Part shown: positions 16,137-26,506 of the stretch, piece after piece | Layout: every line of letters starts with the position of its first letter | Numbering within the stretch: position 1 is the first letter of the stretch | From: Adhaeribacter aerolatus | GTDB lineage: Bacteria; Bacteroidota; Bacteroidia; Cytophagales; Hymenobacteraceae | Assembly (NCBI RefSeq): GCF_007991635.1 | Contig: NZ_BJYS01000024.1 | Span: 88,880-120,879 of the forward strand | Direction: 5' to 3' | DNA: 32,000 nucleotides | The notes under the pieces: generated by a model | The model's database searches: none | Told to the model about the DNA's origin: nothing | Seen by the model: the letters and a program-made list of their open reading frames with translations, nothing else | Position numbers and translations under genes: made by a program

Positions 16137-18676
16137 TAAAAGTCTTGCTCAATCAGGGTATTGTTACTTACCGGTTCTTCAATTAAAGTATTCAGGTTAT
16201 CTTCTTTATCAAAAATCTTGAGCTTCAGATAAGTCTCCTGCGCGGCTGAATGCAACAAATTAAATTCTAATTTGTAGATGCGCTCAGTAGGCATACTAGA
16301 AGTTGAATTTAATAACAGGTTTGCTTCGTTGCTAACCAGTTCGGAATTTTTGTATATACCTGCCACTAACTCTCGTTCTTTCTCGGTCCGGGATACCTTG
16401 TTTTCCTGGAGGATACTTACCCGCATCACATTAGATACAATTTTGAGCGGAGCACTCTTTACCAAAACCGGTTTCACTTTCTGGGTAATATCCTGACGCT
16501 TCCGGGAGCTCTCAATAACCGGCACAACCAGTTCCTGTAAGCTGCCACCCCCATGCACAAACTGGTGTCCTACTCCCTGCTTTTTATACCGGTTAACCGA
16601 TGCCGGTATAACCACGGATAAAGAATCAGTAAAAAGAGAGGTAGCCGATAATTGTATCTTATAACCCAAGGTTGGTTGCCCCAAATCATCCACTATCTCA
16701 TACCGGTTATGGGTAGTAACTGCTTTTAAACCTGTGGCATTTTCCTTATCTTTTTCATCTATTTCCCGGTCATTGAATATGAACCCATGGTCAGCGGTGA
16801 TAATGACCCGGGCAACATTCAAGGAGCCATGTAATTTCTTCACCAATAATTTTAATTCCTCAACAGCTTCTTTGGCGGCAGTTAAAGTTTTACGCTCAGA
16901 TACCTTTTTGTCCCCAATCATATCAATGGCATCGTGGTAAATGTAAACCAGCTTAGCCTTAAATATCTCCCTATTCTGCTCCTGATTGTTCTGTTGGATA
17001 TCTGAAAATGGAACTACTCTTGCCTCTGGTTCCGCTTCAGTCAGCAATTTTTCCCGGTTTTCCAAGCCACTTGTAGAGAGTCCATCGATGGTAATGGCTC
17101 CCTGGTTGAATGCGAACTTTTTACCCGGGAGTAACTGTGCCATACCAATACTGGTTTTAGATGGTATAGAAGCTAATTGGTAGCGTATATCGGCGCTGTT
17201 TTTAGGGTCGCCGTGTAGTTCGGACAGCAATTCTTCTGCTACTTCATAGCGCAATGCATCAGAAATAATAACCACTAATTTTTGTTCAAAAGGCTCTATT
17301 TCCCTTTTATAAAACTCGTACTGCTTCGGAATATTTAGCCCTTTATAATCAAATTGATAGGCATTTAGACATTTTAACCATTCCCGATTACTTTTCTCCA
17401 GGAATTCTTCATAACGCTTGTTTACTAGACCAACCAGCTCTTCAAGTTTTATGTGGGTAGGAATTTCGGTATCATCCATACTCCGGTAAGCACACAAAGC
17501 CCGTCGATAAGCCTGGTCAATTTTATACCATTCCGAAGTATAAACTTTTACATAATCTTCTGGTTTATCTAAGATGTAACTGGAGATAGAATTTACCAGC
17601 TTCATCATTTCGGCGGCATGCAGCATAAAAGTTAGGCAACTATTCAGAGAAGCAGTGGTTGGCTCGGATGTACTTATTTTTTCCAGCCATTGGATAACAG
17701 CTTGTGGGTTATAATCCAGGTTTGCTGCCTGCTCAGCTATTAGTTGCCATTTCATGGGTAGGGTGTAAAAGGCAAAATCGGCCGTGGCTCCGTAAATCTC
17801 CAGCAGCTTAAGCTCCTGAACTGAGCCGGCGTTTACCTCAACGGCTTCCTGAAATTGTGCTCCTAAACCATCTTTCCGGGCTGCTTCTTCCTGCAACTGG
17901 TTCAGGCGGCTAAGTACTGCTGCCTTTTTAATTTTAAGACTTTTATAAGGATCTTCGGCAGCTGCATCCGGAATAAACTGGGCAAGGGAATTGTACTTAA
18001 AAACCTTTAATAGGTTGGCAAGCTTATCCGGCTCCAATTCATTTATTTCCTGGTCGAAATGTTGCTTTATTTGTTTGTTGAGCCACTCCAACAAATTGTT
18101 TTCGCGCACTTTCCGACCTACACGCTTTAGTTCTTCTTCTTGGCCGGGTCGTAGCAACGAAAACAATTTTGCCAACAGCAAGGACCAGTTTTCCGGAGCC
18201 TTAAATTTAAGGAATGCCGAAAATAAAGCCTGAACCAAGTTGGCCTCATCTAAAGACTCAGGTTTAAGTATGGGAGCACAAACTTCCTGCACCGAGCTGT
18301 ATTTCAGCTCGCGCATGTAGCGCTTTATAAGTGGCTGATGGTGGCGCTGCAACCGGTACTCTTCCATAAAAGCAGCTTCATCGTCTAGCAATAATTCTTT
18401 GTTGGCCAGGAGCAAATCCAGCAAAGGGAAGTTCAAGTATTCATCCTGTTTTTTGGGGCTCTCTTGGTTTAGGTACAAAAATACTTTTTGCTGTTTCCAC
18501 TCACCATGCAGCATGGCTTTCATGTAGAAATAGTTTTGTTGAAACTGAACTACCCGGATATCTTTTAAGGCTAATGCCGCTACCTCTTCTTTAAAATCTG
18601 CTTCTTTATCAAAAAAAAACAACACCCGTAATTGGGGGTGTGTTCGATAATATTTCTCTATTTTCTCCTGCAGCAT
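16136..18676 (-). CDS. pglZ: BREX PglZ (alkaline-phosphatase-superfamily PglZ domain protein)
   Basis: 846 aa. 'VVIISDALRYEVAEEL' and 'VIITADHGF' are PglZ / alkaline-phosphatase-type metal-site motifs. It sits between pglX and brxL. Confidence 0.9.
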   Translation of the reverse strand: MLQEKIEKYYRTHPQLRVLFFFDKEADFKEEVAALALKDIRVVQFQQNYFYMKAMLHGEWKQQKVFLYLNQESPKKQDEYLNFPLLDLLLANKELLLDDEAAFMEEYRLQRHHQPLIKRYMRELKYSSVQEVCAPILKPESLDEANLVQALFSAFLKFKAPENWSLLLAKLFSLLRPGQEEELKRVGRKVRENNLLEWLNKQIKQHFDQEINELEPDKLANLLKVFKYNSLAQFIPDAAAEDPYKSLKIKKAAVLSRLNQLQEEAARKDGLGAQFQEAVEVNAGSVQELKLLEIYGATADFAFYTLPMKWQLIAEQAANLDYNPQAVIQWLEKISTSEPTTASLNSCLTFMLHAAEMMKLVNSISSYILDKPEDYVKVYTSEWYKIDQAYRRALCAYRSMDDTEIPTHIKLEELVGLVNKRYEEFLEKSNREWLKCLNAYQFDYKGLNIPKQYEFYKREIEPFEQKLVVIISDALRYEVAEELLSELHGDPKNSADIRYQLASIPSKTSIGMAQLLPGKKFAFNQGAITIDGLSTSGLENREKLLTEAEPEARVVPFSDIQQNNQEQNREIFKAKLVYIYHDAIDMIGDKKVSERKTLTAAKEAVEELKLLVKKLHGSLNVARVIITADHGFIFNDREIDEKDKENATGLKAVTTHNRYEIVDDLGQPTLGYKIQLSATSLFTDSLSVVIPASVNRYKKQGVGHQFVHGGGSLQELVVPVIESSRKRQDITQKVKPVLVKSAPLKIVSNVMRVSILQENKVSRTEKERELVAGIYKNSELVSNEANLLLNSTSSMPTERIYKLEFNLLHSAAQETYLKLKIFDKEDNLNTLIEEPVSNNTLIEQDF

Positions 18677-18718
18677 TTACTTCTTTCTGATTCAACTAAT
18701 ATTTGAATTTTGGGCTTA

Positions 18719-21700
18719 TTACTTAATAGGGGCTACTACGCCTTTAAATAATTCGTAATTAGCAGTAACGCCATTATCCAAGTCAAACTCAATTTGTTGA
18801 TCGGCTTTATCCTTAAGCAGTAAATCGTATTGCTCACATTCTAGCAAATCTTTCCGCAGCTTATCTAGTTGCCGTGCTTCCGTCCGACCTAGGGCTGCTC
18901 CTTGAATTTCTAATTGGTCAATATGCTGGTTTAGATACTGCATATGGGGCAACAAATATTTGTCCCGAATTTTGCCTACCGTAAATCGATTCATGCGGTG
19001 CATGTATACCAAAACCTGAAAAGCACCTTTAGGCGAGGTGAACAACCAATATATTGGTTTCTTTTTATACGTACGCACATGGTCTTTCCAGAAATCACGC
19101 ACCAGATATTGCTCCAGGTCCTGGTTCAGACATTCCTGCAGGAAGTTCATGTTTATCGTTAAGGTTTCTTCGCCCCAAATAATTTCTATAAAATGAACTG
19201 TACGGTGAAGTACATCATCTGTGAAGCGACAGGACTTACCCATTAATGGTAGGATAGCGTCCTCATCAATAGAAAAGGCTAATTCTTTTGTACCAATGTG
19301 CAAAGGAGAAGCAATAGCATAAGAGGCGATTTCTTCTGGTGCAGGATTAGGATATGCGATTTGTAAGCCTGGCTTGTCCAATCGATATCGCCCTATAAAG
19401 CAGCCAATCGCATAAGAAATGAGCTGCTTTAACACTACATCTCTTTTGATAGGTAATTCAATCCTATCCCGATTTCCCTCACGAAATTTCAATTCTATTT
19501 TTTTGAGTTGATCATAATATAACTCATCCTGAAATAATGTAATTTGACTTAATGGCACTTCTGGATTTAGTTCCTCTTGAAGGCCATAAAGATTTATATA
19601 ATATTGATTTAATTGCTCTTCATTTTTAAGAACTTTAAAGAAATCTGTAGTAATTGCATTTAACCACTTTTTAAAACTTTCCTCCAAGCTGATGTCACAA
19701 CTTGTTAAAGAGGATATGTTAAAGTCCCAGCTTGTTTCTCTTGTATCCCAATCTTTTTTCGATATTTCAACATTTTCATTAATTAAAGTTCGTTTAACTT
19801 CATTAATACCATTGTTTAACAAATCTTGAATTATAGGAAAATCTCCGACGGTTCCAACTTCGAACTTTTGTCCAGGTGCAATAAGGCTAAAGATATGTTT
19901 ACTTACATTACTATTTAAAAGCCCTAACAAAGCTTTTTGGTCAAAAGCATTGAAAATTTTTGGACCAACAGCCTGCATCAGCTTCCCTTCACCAGTTTCT
20001 CTCGCGGCAAAACCACTTCTACTCACATCATTCCATGACAATCCATCAGCAAAATTGTAACTTATATTTTGGGGTCTAGATCTAAGTTTTCCTTTACTAT
20101 CTTTAAAGCTTCTAATTTCTTTGCCATCATCCTGCCAGTCCATAATTGCATACAAATTTCCATACCACTTGCGATAGTCTCCACCTCTTACTACAGGGAA
20201 CCACTTACCTTCATTAAACATGTTCGGTCTACCGAAGAGGTTAATTTTTCTACTATCTACTTCCCACCAGCTTCTAATAAATTTGTCATCATCTCCAGTC
20301 GTAATTCCTTTTCTTGGTTCTGCTACCGTTCTAAGATTGACTGATTTTTTATATGCTTCAATTACATTCGTACTCATCCAATAGACGAAGGGTGCAGACG
20401 GTATGTCTAAAAATATTTTTTGTTTAGCCGTATAAAAGCCAAAATCTTGATTAAAGAACCTAGCTTGCTTAATACTTGGAGCCTCAACCTTTACATGATG
20501 GTGATAGAGCTTTCTGTAAATTCCAACTTCACTATTATCACTTGTTTTTAAGACATTAAAGGCTACGGTACCAAAATCTGATCCGAATATACCTCTCCCA
20601 AAATCTAACAAACTTTTAATAAAAGTAGAAGTTAGCAACAACTCTCTTAAATCAACAAACGAGTCCTTTGTAAGCCAAGATGCTATGTTTATAATTGAAA
20701 TAGCACCATTATTTTTTGCTAGAGCTAAACAGACCTCCATAAATACAGTCATCAAATCTAGCTTTGATTTTATGTACTTATTCTCAATATAGGCTTTGAG
20801 GTTACCGTTCATATTAGACCTCCCCATGTATGGTGGGTTCGCTGCCACGGCCTCGTACTTTATCGTCAGTTGCTCCAGCACATTTATAAACGGACGAATC
20901 TTAGGCAGAACGGCCTCTTCAGAGAATTCCCTAAAAGGCTTAATCTCCAGCTCATCGAAGCGCTTAAGAATGAATTCCAGCTCCTTAGGCTTTAGGGAGA
21001 ACTGCATGATGGAGCCAAGGTTCTGTGCATCCTGCATCAGTGTAAGTGCCTTTGTCAACGACTCCTCATAAGAAACACCTTCTTTACCTAAAAAGTCCAG
21101 TACTTCTTGTCTGCTAAATTGCGCTGGCTCTGGCATAGCATACACCCGCGGCAGAATACCGCTCTTCAGGACGCCTTTATTCTTAGAGGCAGCCTTAAGT
21201 AGAATTGCAAAGCGAGATAGCTGCGCAGCTCGTTTATCAATATCCAAACCAAATAGGTTGTTGTTGAGAATACTCTCTACGGCCTCTTCGGGCGGGTAAT
21301 ACTCTTCCAGGTACATCTGGTAAAGCAAATCAAACCCTTCTACTAAAATATGCCCGGAGCCAACAGCAGGATCCAGTAATTTAATATCTGCTACTTCCTT
21401 AATAATAGGGTTACTGTATTGTTGCTCCGGAGCTTCCACTAAGTAGCGCATTTCCTGCTTTAAGGAGCTCTCCGGATTCAGGTCCAGCCACAATTTGCCT
21501 ACGGTGTTTTGCACCATGTATTTTACAATCCAGTTAGGCGTAAAAATTTGAGTGGCGGCCGGAATATCCGCTGCTTCAGCTTTTTTATTTTTTTTAAAAC
21601 CGGCAAAAACCTCATCTTTCCTGTCAGAAATATAAAACTGGTATAACCAGCCTATCAGTTCTACTTGTTTGTAATCTTCCTCCGAGATGGCATCCGTTGT

Positions 21701-22351
21701 ATTAAGCAGGTGCAGGAATCCTTTTTCCGATAAAATATCGTTGGGCAAAAGCAGTTCGGTATAATCATCAATGCCGCCAAACACCCGGTTAAGCAAGGTA
21801 TGGCTGTGGCAATAGCCAATCAGCAGAATTCCGAATGCTTCTGTTTCCTTCTCAAAATCAGAAATTATGGTTTGCAGGCGCTGTCTTTCTTCTTTATTTA
21901 AAAAATCGTATTGGCCCCGGCGGGCTCTTTGCAGAATTACCGGCAATAAACTGGTACCTTCAGCATATTCCAGTTGGGGCAGGTCGTAGTTGTTTTGCGC
22001 CAATATTTTTATGGCCATCATGCGGTTAAACCAGGTATAGGCCGCCTCTTCCACTACTTCTTTTATGCCTTTACGGTTAATGGCAGCTTTTAGTGCTTTC
22101 CATTTGTTCGGCAAAGTAGCATCATCAAATACATTGCCCCGGAACATATATCCCCCAGCAATAGCTTGCGGTTCTTCGGTTATGGTTCCTTTTTTATCAA
22201 AGCCCCAGTACATTACTTTTCGCTCTACCCCGGCCAATAGTATGGTTCTTGCTTTTTGGGCAAAGGTTTTAAGCCTGGATGTATTTATGCCGCTCCGGGT
22301 TGTTGGTTTTACTTCTGTATTATCTATGGTAGTATCAAAATTTACATCCAT
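18719..22351 (-). CDS. pglX: BREX PglX (BrxX) N6-adenine DNA methyltransferase / specificity subunit
   Basis: 1210 aa. SAM motif I is 'LLDPAVGSGHIL'. Catalytic motif IV is 'AANPPYMG' (NPPY encoded at 20828..20839). Size and position are typical of type 1 BREX. Confidence 0.9.
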   Translation of the reverse strand: MDVNFDTTIDNTEVKPTTRSGINTSRLKTFAQKARTILLAGVERKVMYWGFDKKGTITEEPQAIAGGYMFRGNVFDDATLPNKWKALKAAINRKGIKEVVEEAAYTWFNRMMAIKILAQNNYDLPQLEYAEGTSLLPVILQRARRGQYDFLNKEERQRLQTIISDFEKETEAFGILLIGYCHSHTLLNRVFGGIDDYTELLLPNDILSEKGFLHLLNTTDAISEEDYKQVELIGWLYQFYISDRKDEVFAGFKKNKKAEAADIPAATQIFTPNWIVKYMVQNTVGKLWLDLNPESSLKQEMRYLVEAPEQQYSNPIIKEVADIKLLDPAVGSGHILVEGFDLLYQMYLEEYYPPEEAVESILNNNLFGLDIDKRAAQLSRFAILLKAASKNKGVLKSGILPRVYAMPEPAQFSRQEVLDFLGKEGVSYEESLTKALTLMQDAQNLGSIMQFSLKPKELEFILKRFDELEIKPFREFSEEAVLPKIRPFINVLEQLTIKYEAVAANPPYMGRSNMNGNLKAYIENKYIKSKLDLMTVFMEVCLALAKNNGAISIINIASWLTKDSFVDLRELLLTSTFIKSLLDFGRGIFGSDFGTVAFNVLKTSDNSEVGIYRKLYHHHVKVEAPSIKQARFFNQDFGFYTAKQKIFLDIPSAPFVYWMSTNVIEAYKKSVNLRTVAEPRKGITTGDDDKFIRSWWEVDSRKINLFGRPNMFNEGKWFPVVRGGDYRKWYGNLYAIMDWQDDGKEIRSFKDSKGKLRSRPQNISYNFADGLSWNDVSRSGFAARETGEGKLMQAVGPKIFNAFDQKALLGLLNSNVSKHIFSLIAPGQKFEVGTVGDFPIIQDLLNNGINEVKRTLINENVEISKKDWDTRETSWDFNISSLTSCDISLEESFKKWLNAITTDFFKVLKNEEQLNQYYINLYGLQEELNPEVPLSQITLFQDELYYDQLKKIELKFREGNRDRIELPIKRDVVLKQLISYAIGCFIGRYRLDKPGLQIAYPNPAPEEIASYAIASPLHIGTKELAFSIDEDAILPLMGKSCRFTDDVLHRTVHFIEIIWGEETLTINMNFLQECLNQDLEQYLVRDFWKDHVRTYKKKPIYWLFTSPKGAFQVLVYMHRMNRFTVGKIRDKYLLPHMQYLNQHIDQLEIQGAALGRTEARQLDKLRKDLLECEQYDLLLKDKADQQIEFDLDNGVTANYELFKGVVAPIK

Positions 22352-22361
22352 GGCTTAAAAC

Positions 22362-25300
22362 TTATTTGATGATTATGGTCTTGTTTTGCTGCAGCAGGGC
22401 CAGCATTTCTTTTCTAACTTTTTGTAAATATTCTTCTAATTCCTCTTCGGTTGATATTTTAGACTTAATGCCTGTAATGTAATATTCCTGAGGTTCGCCT
22501 ACTGGTGTTAGCTTAACGTCTACTCCGGTACCGTTTTCTTTTGGTAGTACAGCAGCCTTTTTAGAGGCATGCGCAACTATCTTCTTAAGCTCACTAGATT
22601 TAAACTCTGATAGTTGGGCTTTTTTTAATTTGAGGTCTGTTATTGCACTCAGCGCTTGAATTGTTTTTATAGTGCGGTCTTCATCCGAATAAATATGTGG
22701 CTCATTTACTGCATAGCTTTCTGCATCTTTTTTAAGCTCTGCGAAAACTTCTGTGTATTGCTGTACCACACCTGCCTTCAGATTTTCTACCAATTCTTTT
22801 AGCTCGGCTTTCAACTCGTCATAAGCCTTCCGCACATGCCGGAACTCAAACCTAGGGTCTTCTAATTTTAAAAATTCACCCATCTTCTCGGCTTTCTCCT
22901 GGGCTGAAGGGGGTAAGGCTTTGAAGTTTTGCTGGTTATCCTGGTAGAAGCGTTTAATAGCATCGTAGTCGGCACGGGCCCGGTTGGCAAAATCCTTCAT
23001 TCCTTTTGCCTTGTCGAAAAGTTCTTTTACAACCAACTTTTCATTCTCCAGCAACTGGAAGAGTTGTTTCGGATTACGTTTAGTAGCCCATTCCTGCAGC
23101 TTGTTCCGCAAGGAGTAGAAAGATTCGCCGAAAGGATACTTTCCATGGTAATCGTTCTCCAGCGAAATATATTCTTTACTAATTTGAACCAGCTTGGCTA
23201 TTATTAATTCGCTAAGCTCATTTCCATCTGATGTGGCTGATAAGTCCAGGTTAAAAACCTCCCGGAAATTCATGATGGCTTTATCAATGGTTTGCTGGTC
23301 TATTGCCTCCCCAGCTTTAACAATACAAACCGGCCGCTCCGGAGTAGACAAAGCTTTATTAATAAACTCAGTTACGGAGAAACGTGGCTGGTTCCGGTAT
23401 TCAAATTCCCGCTTCTTCTTTTTTACTAATTTAACCAGCATCTCCAGCACGGCAGTATCACGCCAGCCAAAAGGAGCCTTTTCAAAATGGTTTATTAAAT
23501 CGCTCACCGCAACCTGATTCCCATGATTGGAGATAAAATCATCAACCATTTGTTCGGGTGGGGTTAAATCAGGCATTTCCTGTTGCAAACTTGCCGCTGA
23601 GGTGCGCAGTTCTATAGCCGTTTTGGCATAACTTGCCGATAGCCTGTGGTACTTATAAACCCGTTCCAGGTGTTTATCTAGCAAGCTTCTGAAGCGATCA
23701 TGCGGCAGCGTTCCATTAATTTCATTTGCTTCTAAAACCTGCTGTCCGGATAAAAAGCGGGTTAAACTATAATTGTTTTCCAGCTTGGCAACCAGCTTTT
23801 TTCGAAGGTCTTCATTGCGAGCCCTGAATTTCTCCAGGGTATTGGATCTTTCTCCTGTGGCGGCTTCGGAGTTGTTCCGGAAATACTTTTTGGTTTTACA
23901 AAACCACTCAAAATCTGTTTTAAACTGAGCATCCTGGTGGTACCATTCATTTACGCAGATACATAAATCGTTCCCGCTGTTGTTTAAAGCTTTCTGCTGT
24001 ATATCACTGGTGTCTGTAAACAACACCGTTAATTTAAAATCACCCGAACGGAAAAACTCCTTATCATCTACAGCATAAGCTACTCTAAAATCGTTTTGCC
24101 CGAAAGTATGCTTTGGCGCTATTTTGGTTAACTTTCTAAAGAATTCATCAAACTCAGAAAGTTTGTCATCAAAACCAACATTTAAGCTCTTAATCATCAT
24201 CTGCACATCTATTTCATCTTCGTTAAAGAAGAAATAGCTGCCTTTCTCTTCCCGGATTATGCTTTCCTCAATTAGCTTATCCAGTACTTCTTTTATCTTG
24301 TTTTGCAACTGAAGCTTATTTTGGTCCACATCCGTCATCATCAAAACCGTTAGGTTATCCAAGTTAGAGGGGAAGGTAAGCAGCGTTGGCTGGGGCAGGT
24401 TGGAAATCATAAAGAGCGTTTTAACTACCCGCTCTGCAAAAAGATTATTTTTTACATAAGATAAAGTAAGCCCGTTATCAATGGCCCTCCGGCCACGGTG
24501 GGTTAGGTTAGTTAGAAATTGCTTGTTAAAAAAGGCATCAAAAGGCATAAAATGCCCTACCTCCACCTCAGCGTTTTGCTTAGCGGTATAGTGGGTTATA
24601 CCCAAAACTGAGCGTTCGTTATCTTTTACTTCTTTAATTACAAATCTTAGCGACTGGAAAGATTCGAATACATGAGCAATTAGTTTAAATTGGTAAGGAA
24701 CAAAAGGATAAGCCAGAATAAATTCCTCTTCCCGATGGTAACCTTTATAAAGCTCATGCCGCATTTTAAATTGGTTTTCGATGGCATCCTTTTTATCGCG
24801 GTACATTTTACCCAATACCTCAATGCCCTTAGAGTTTTTATCTAAAACCCTTTTTTGAGTAATGTATGAAGCATCATTGCTTTCCAGGGAAATTCGAGTA
24901 TCGAAGCGACCCAGAATCTTACCGAATTCATCCTGGACATCAACAGAGCCTTTTGCTCCCGAAGAAACATCGTCTAGGGTTTGCTGAGCCGTACAGGTAA
25001 TCCAGACTTGGTTATTGCAGTCTTCGCTTACTCTTTCTACTATGTTCTGGAAGTTAAGCAGGATTTCTTTGTTGGTACCAATATATTGCGATACCTCATC
25101 TACTAGGAACACTAGCCGGTAATCTTTATCTTTACCTTGTAAGAATTCTCTTAGCTCTGGAATAAGCGAGGAGGTAATACTTATTTTAAAAGTATCAGGA
25201 TTTGTAAGCTTGGCATGCAGTGCAACCGTATCTAATTCCGGGACCAACTGTTTAGCAATACCCAGGACACTTTCCAGCTCGTAAGAGGCTACATCTGCTG

Positions 25301-25910
25301 CATCCGACTTCCAATCGTGTCCAAGTTCATCTGTAACTAATTGCTTAAATTCTCCAAACTTACCTTTATTATCCAGGTATTTCTCAAACAGGAGAGCTAA
25401 CGGAATGTCATTGGGATTATAGCCCCGGAACTTGTTAAACATATTCAGGAAGATCCGGGTCAGGCGCTCACCACTGCCGTCATCCGTTTCATCCTCCACG
25501 TTAAACATAATATTATCACATGCTGCCTGGGCCATACGCTTCCGCATTAAGGCAACATTGCTGGGAGTAATATTCTCGTTTTTACCAGCCTTGGTGGTGT
25601 CATATTTCATTACCGCTTCCATGAAATGGTCCAGGGCAGACGTGGATGTTTCTGGATTAAGGCAGTAGTGGATGTACTTAATAAAGTGAGATTTTCCGGA
25701 CCCGTAGTAACCGTTTACCCAAATACCAGTTTTCCCTTTCTTTTTATTTTGTACCGTATCTAATATCAAGTACAATTTTTCAATGAGTTCATCGGTAAAG
25801 ATGTATTCATTAATTTCTGCTTTAACTGTCTCGGCATTCTTGTTACTAACTACAACGGCAGGATTAATATCCCTATCAATAGGTTTGTCGTAAATCTCCC
25901 TAATTTTCAT
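22362..25910 (-). CDS. brxC: BREX BrxC/PglY large P-loop ATPase
   Basis: 1182 aa. Walker A is 'GYYGSGKSHFIKY' near the N-terminus, and 'LVFLVDEVSQY' is Walker B-like. Size and operon position are canonical. Confidence 0.9.
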   Translation of the reverse strand: MKIREIYDKPIDRDINPAVVVSNKNAETVKAEINEYIFTDELIEKLYLILDTVQNKKKGKTGIWVNGYYGSGKSHFIKYIHYCLNPETSTSALDHFMEAVMKYDTTKAGKNENITPSNVALMRKRMAQAACDNIMFNVEDETDDGSGERLTRIFLNMFNKFRGYNPNDIPLALLFEKYLDNKGKFGEFKQLVTDELGHDWKSDAADVASYELESVLGIAKQLVPELDTVALHAKLTNPDTFKISITSSLIPELREFLQGKDKDYRLVFLVDEVSQYIGTNKEILLNFQNIVERVSEDCNNQVWITCTAQQTLDDVSSGAKGSVDVQDEFGKILGRFDTRISLESNDASYITQKRVLDKNSKGIEVLGKMYRDKKDAIENQFKMRHELYKGYHREEEFILAYPFVPYQFKLIAHVFESFQSLRFVIKEVKDNERSVLGITHYTAKQNAEVEVGHFMPFDAFFNKQFLTNLTHRGRRAIDNGLTLSYVKNNLFAERVVKTLFMISNLPQPTLLTFPSNLDNLTVLMMTDVDQNKLQLQNKIKEVLDKLIEESIIREEKGSYFFFNEDEIDVQMMIKSLNVGFDDKLSEFDEFFRKLTKIAPKHTFGQNDFRVAYAVDDKEFFRSGDFKLTVLFTDTSDIQQKALNNSGNDLCICVNEWYHQDAQFKTDFEWFCKTKKYFRNNSEAATGERSNTLEKFRARNEDLRKKLVAKLENNYSLTRFLSGQQVLEANEINGTLPHDRFRSLLDKHLERVYKYHRLSASYAKTAIELRTSAASLQQEMPDLTPPEQMVDDFISNHGNQVAVSDLINHFEKAPFGWRDTAVLEMLVKLVKKKKREFEYRNQPRFSVTEFINKALSTPERPVCIVKAGEAIDQQTIDKAIMNFREVFNLDLSATSDGNELSELIIAKLVQISKEYISLENDYHGKYPFGESFYSLRNKLQEWATKRNPKQLFQLLENEKLVVKELFDKAKGMKDFANRARADYDAIKRFYQDNQQNFKALPPSAQEKAEKMGEFLKLEDPRFEFRHVRKAYDELKAELKELVENLKAGVVQQYTEVFAELKKDAESYAVNEPHIYSDEDRTIKTIQALSAITDLKLKKAQLSEFKSSELKKIVAHASKKAAVLPKENGTGVDVKLTPVGEPQEYYITGIKSKISTEEELEEYLQKVRKEMLALLQQNKTIIIK

Positions 25911-25915
25911 GGGTA

Positions 25916-26506
25916 CTAATTGAGTAATTTTATGGCTCTATAAAGATTTTCGTCGTTTAGCAGACCGAAAAGGTTATAATGTTCCTTGGCCTCGCCTGGA
26001 TAAAAAAGGATAATCTTGTATCTGGACGAGATGTATTTCTCGAAATTGTTTAAAAACTTGCTAGCACGTAAATAAGGGAAAATAGCTCCAAAGCCATGTA
26101 CTAACACATAACCCACCTCAAAATCTCCTGATACACTAAAGTGTTCCTGAATTCTGGTATGGAGATAATTTATAAATCTATCACTATTGGCATCACGTTT
26201 CAGCGATTCATCCACTTTTTCAGGTTTAATTGTTTCTTGCTCCAGGAAGAACTCATACTTGGTTTTCTTTCCAAAATTATTTCCCTTCAAAAAGGAAAGA
26301 AACTCCTGAAAAATATCAATCACTAAAACATTTAAGTAGCTATTAGGCCTATAAAGCCTATCCCGGATATTCTGAATCTCTGCCTGGATTTGATATTCCT
26401 GCTCTGGATCATACATGTACATGTAAGCCGGAAAATACAAATTACCAGTTGTAGGATCCTGAAAGTCTTTATTGGCTAACTGTTCATACAGCTGCGTAAT
26501 TGTCAT
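25916..26506 (-). CDS. brxB: BREX BrxB (DUF1788)
   Basis: 196 aa. The N-terminal 'YFPAYMYMYDPEQEYQIQAEIQNIRDRL' fits the DUF1788 pattern. A 4-nt ATGA overlap with brxA and its position between brxA and brxC support the call. Confidence 0.8.
   Translation of the reverse strand: MTITQLYEQLANKDFQDPTTGNLYFPAYMYMYDPEQEYQIQAEIQNIRDRLYRPNSYLNVLVIDIFQEFLSFLKGNNFGKKTKYEFFLEQETIKPEKVDESLKRDANSDRFINYLHTRIQEHFSVSGDFEVGYVLVHGFGAIFPYLRASKFLNNFEKYISSRYKIILFYPGEAKEHYNLFGLLNDENLYRAIKLLN

Noticed and set aside
18611-18619. A9/T9 homopolymer in the first 25 codons of pglZ, plus 8-nt runs in pglX (21588..21595) and brxC (22620..22627), as phase-variation switches for BREX
   Set aside because: In about 60% AT sequence, roughly one 9-nt A/T run is expected by chance in 32 kb (0.3^9 x 64,000, about 1). 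The runs simply encode Phe/Lys stretches. Worth a glance in read data but not a supported signal.
20069-25668. ORFs antisense to BREX genes: 20069..20344, 20796..21071, 21835..22029, 22065..22358, 22929..23207, 23194..23517, 23762..23950 (same strand but out of frame) and 25432..25668. Similar ones lie inside brxL and pglZ: 14755..14970, 16278..16496, 16734..16940, 16986..17183, 17991..18233 and 18944..19162.
   Set aside because: All lie entirely inside long, motif-supported BREX genes. They have Ser/Leu/Phe-rich shadow-frame composition and no independent support.
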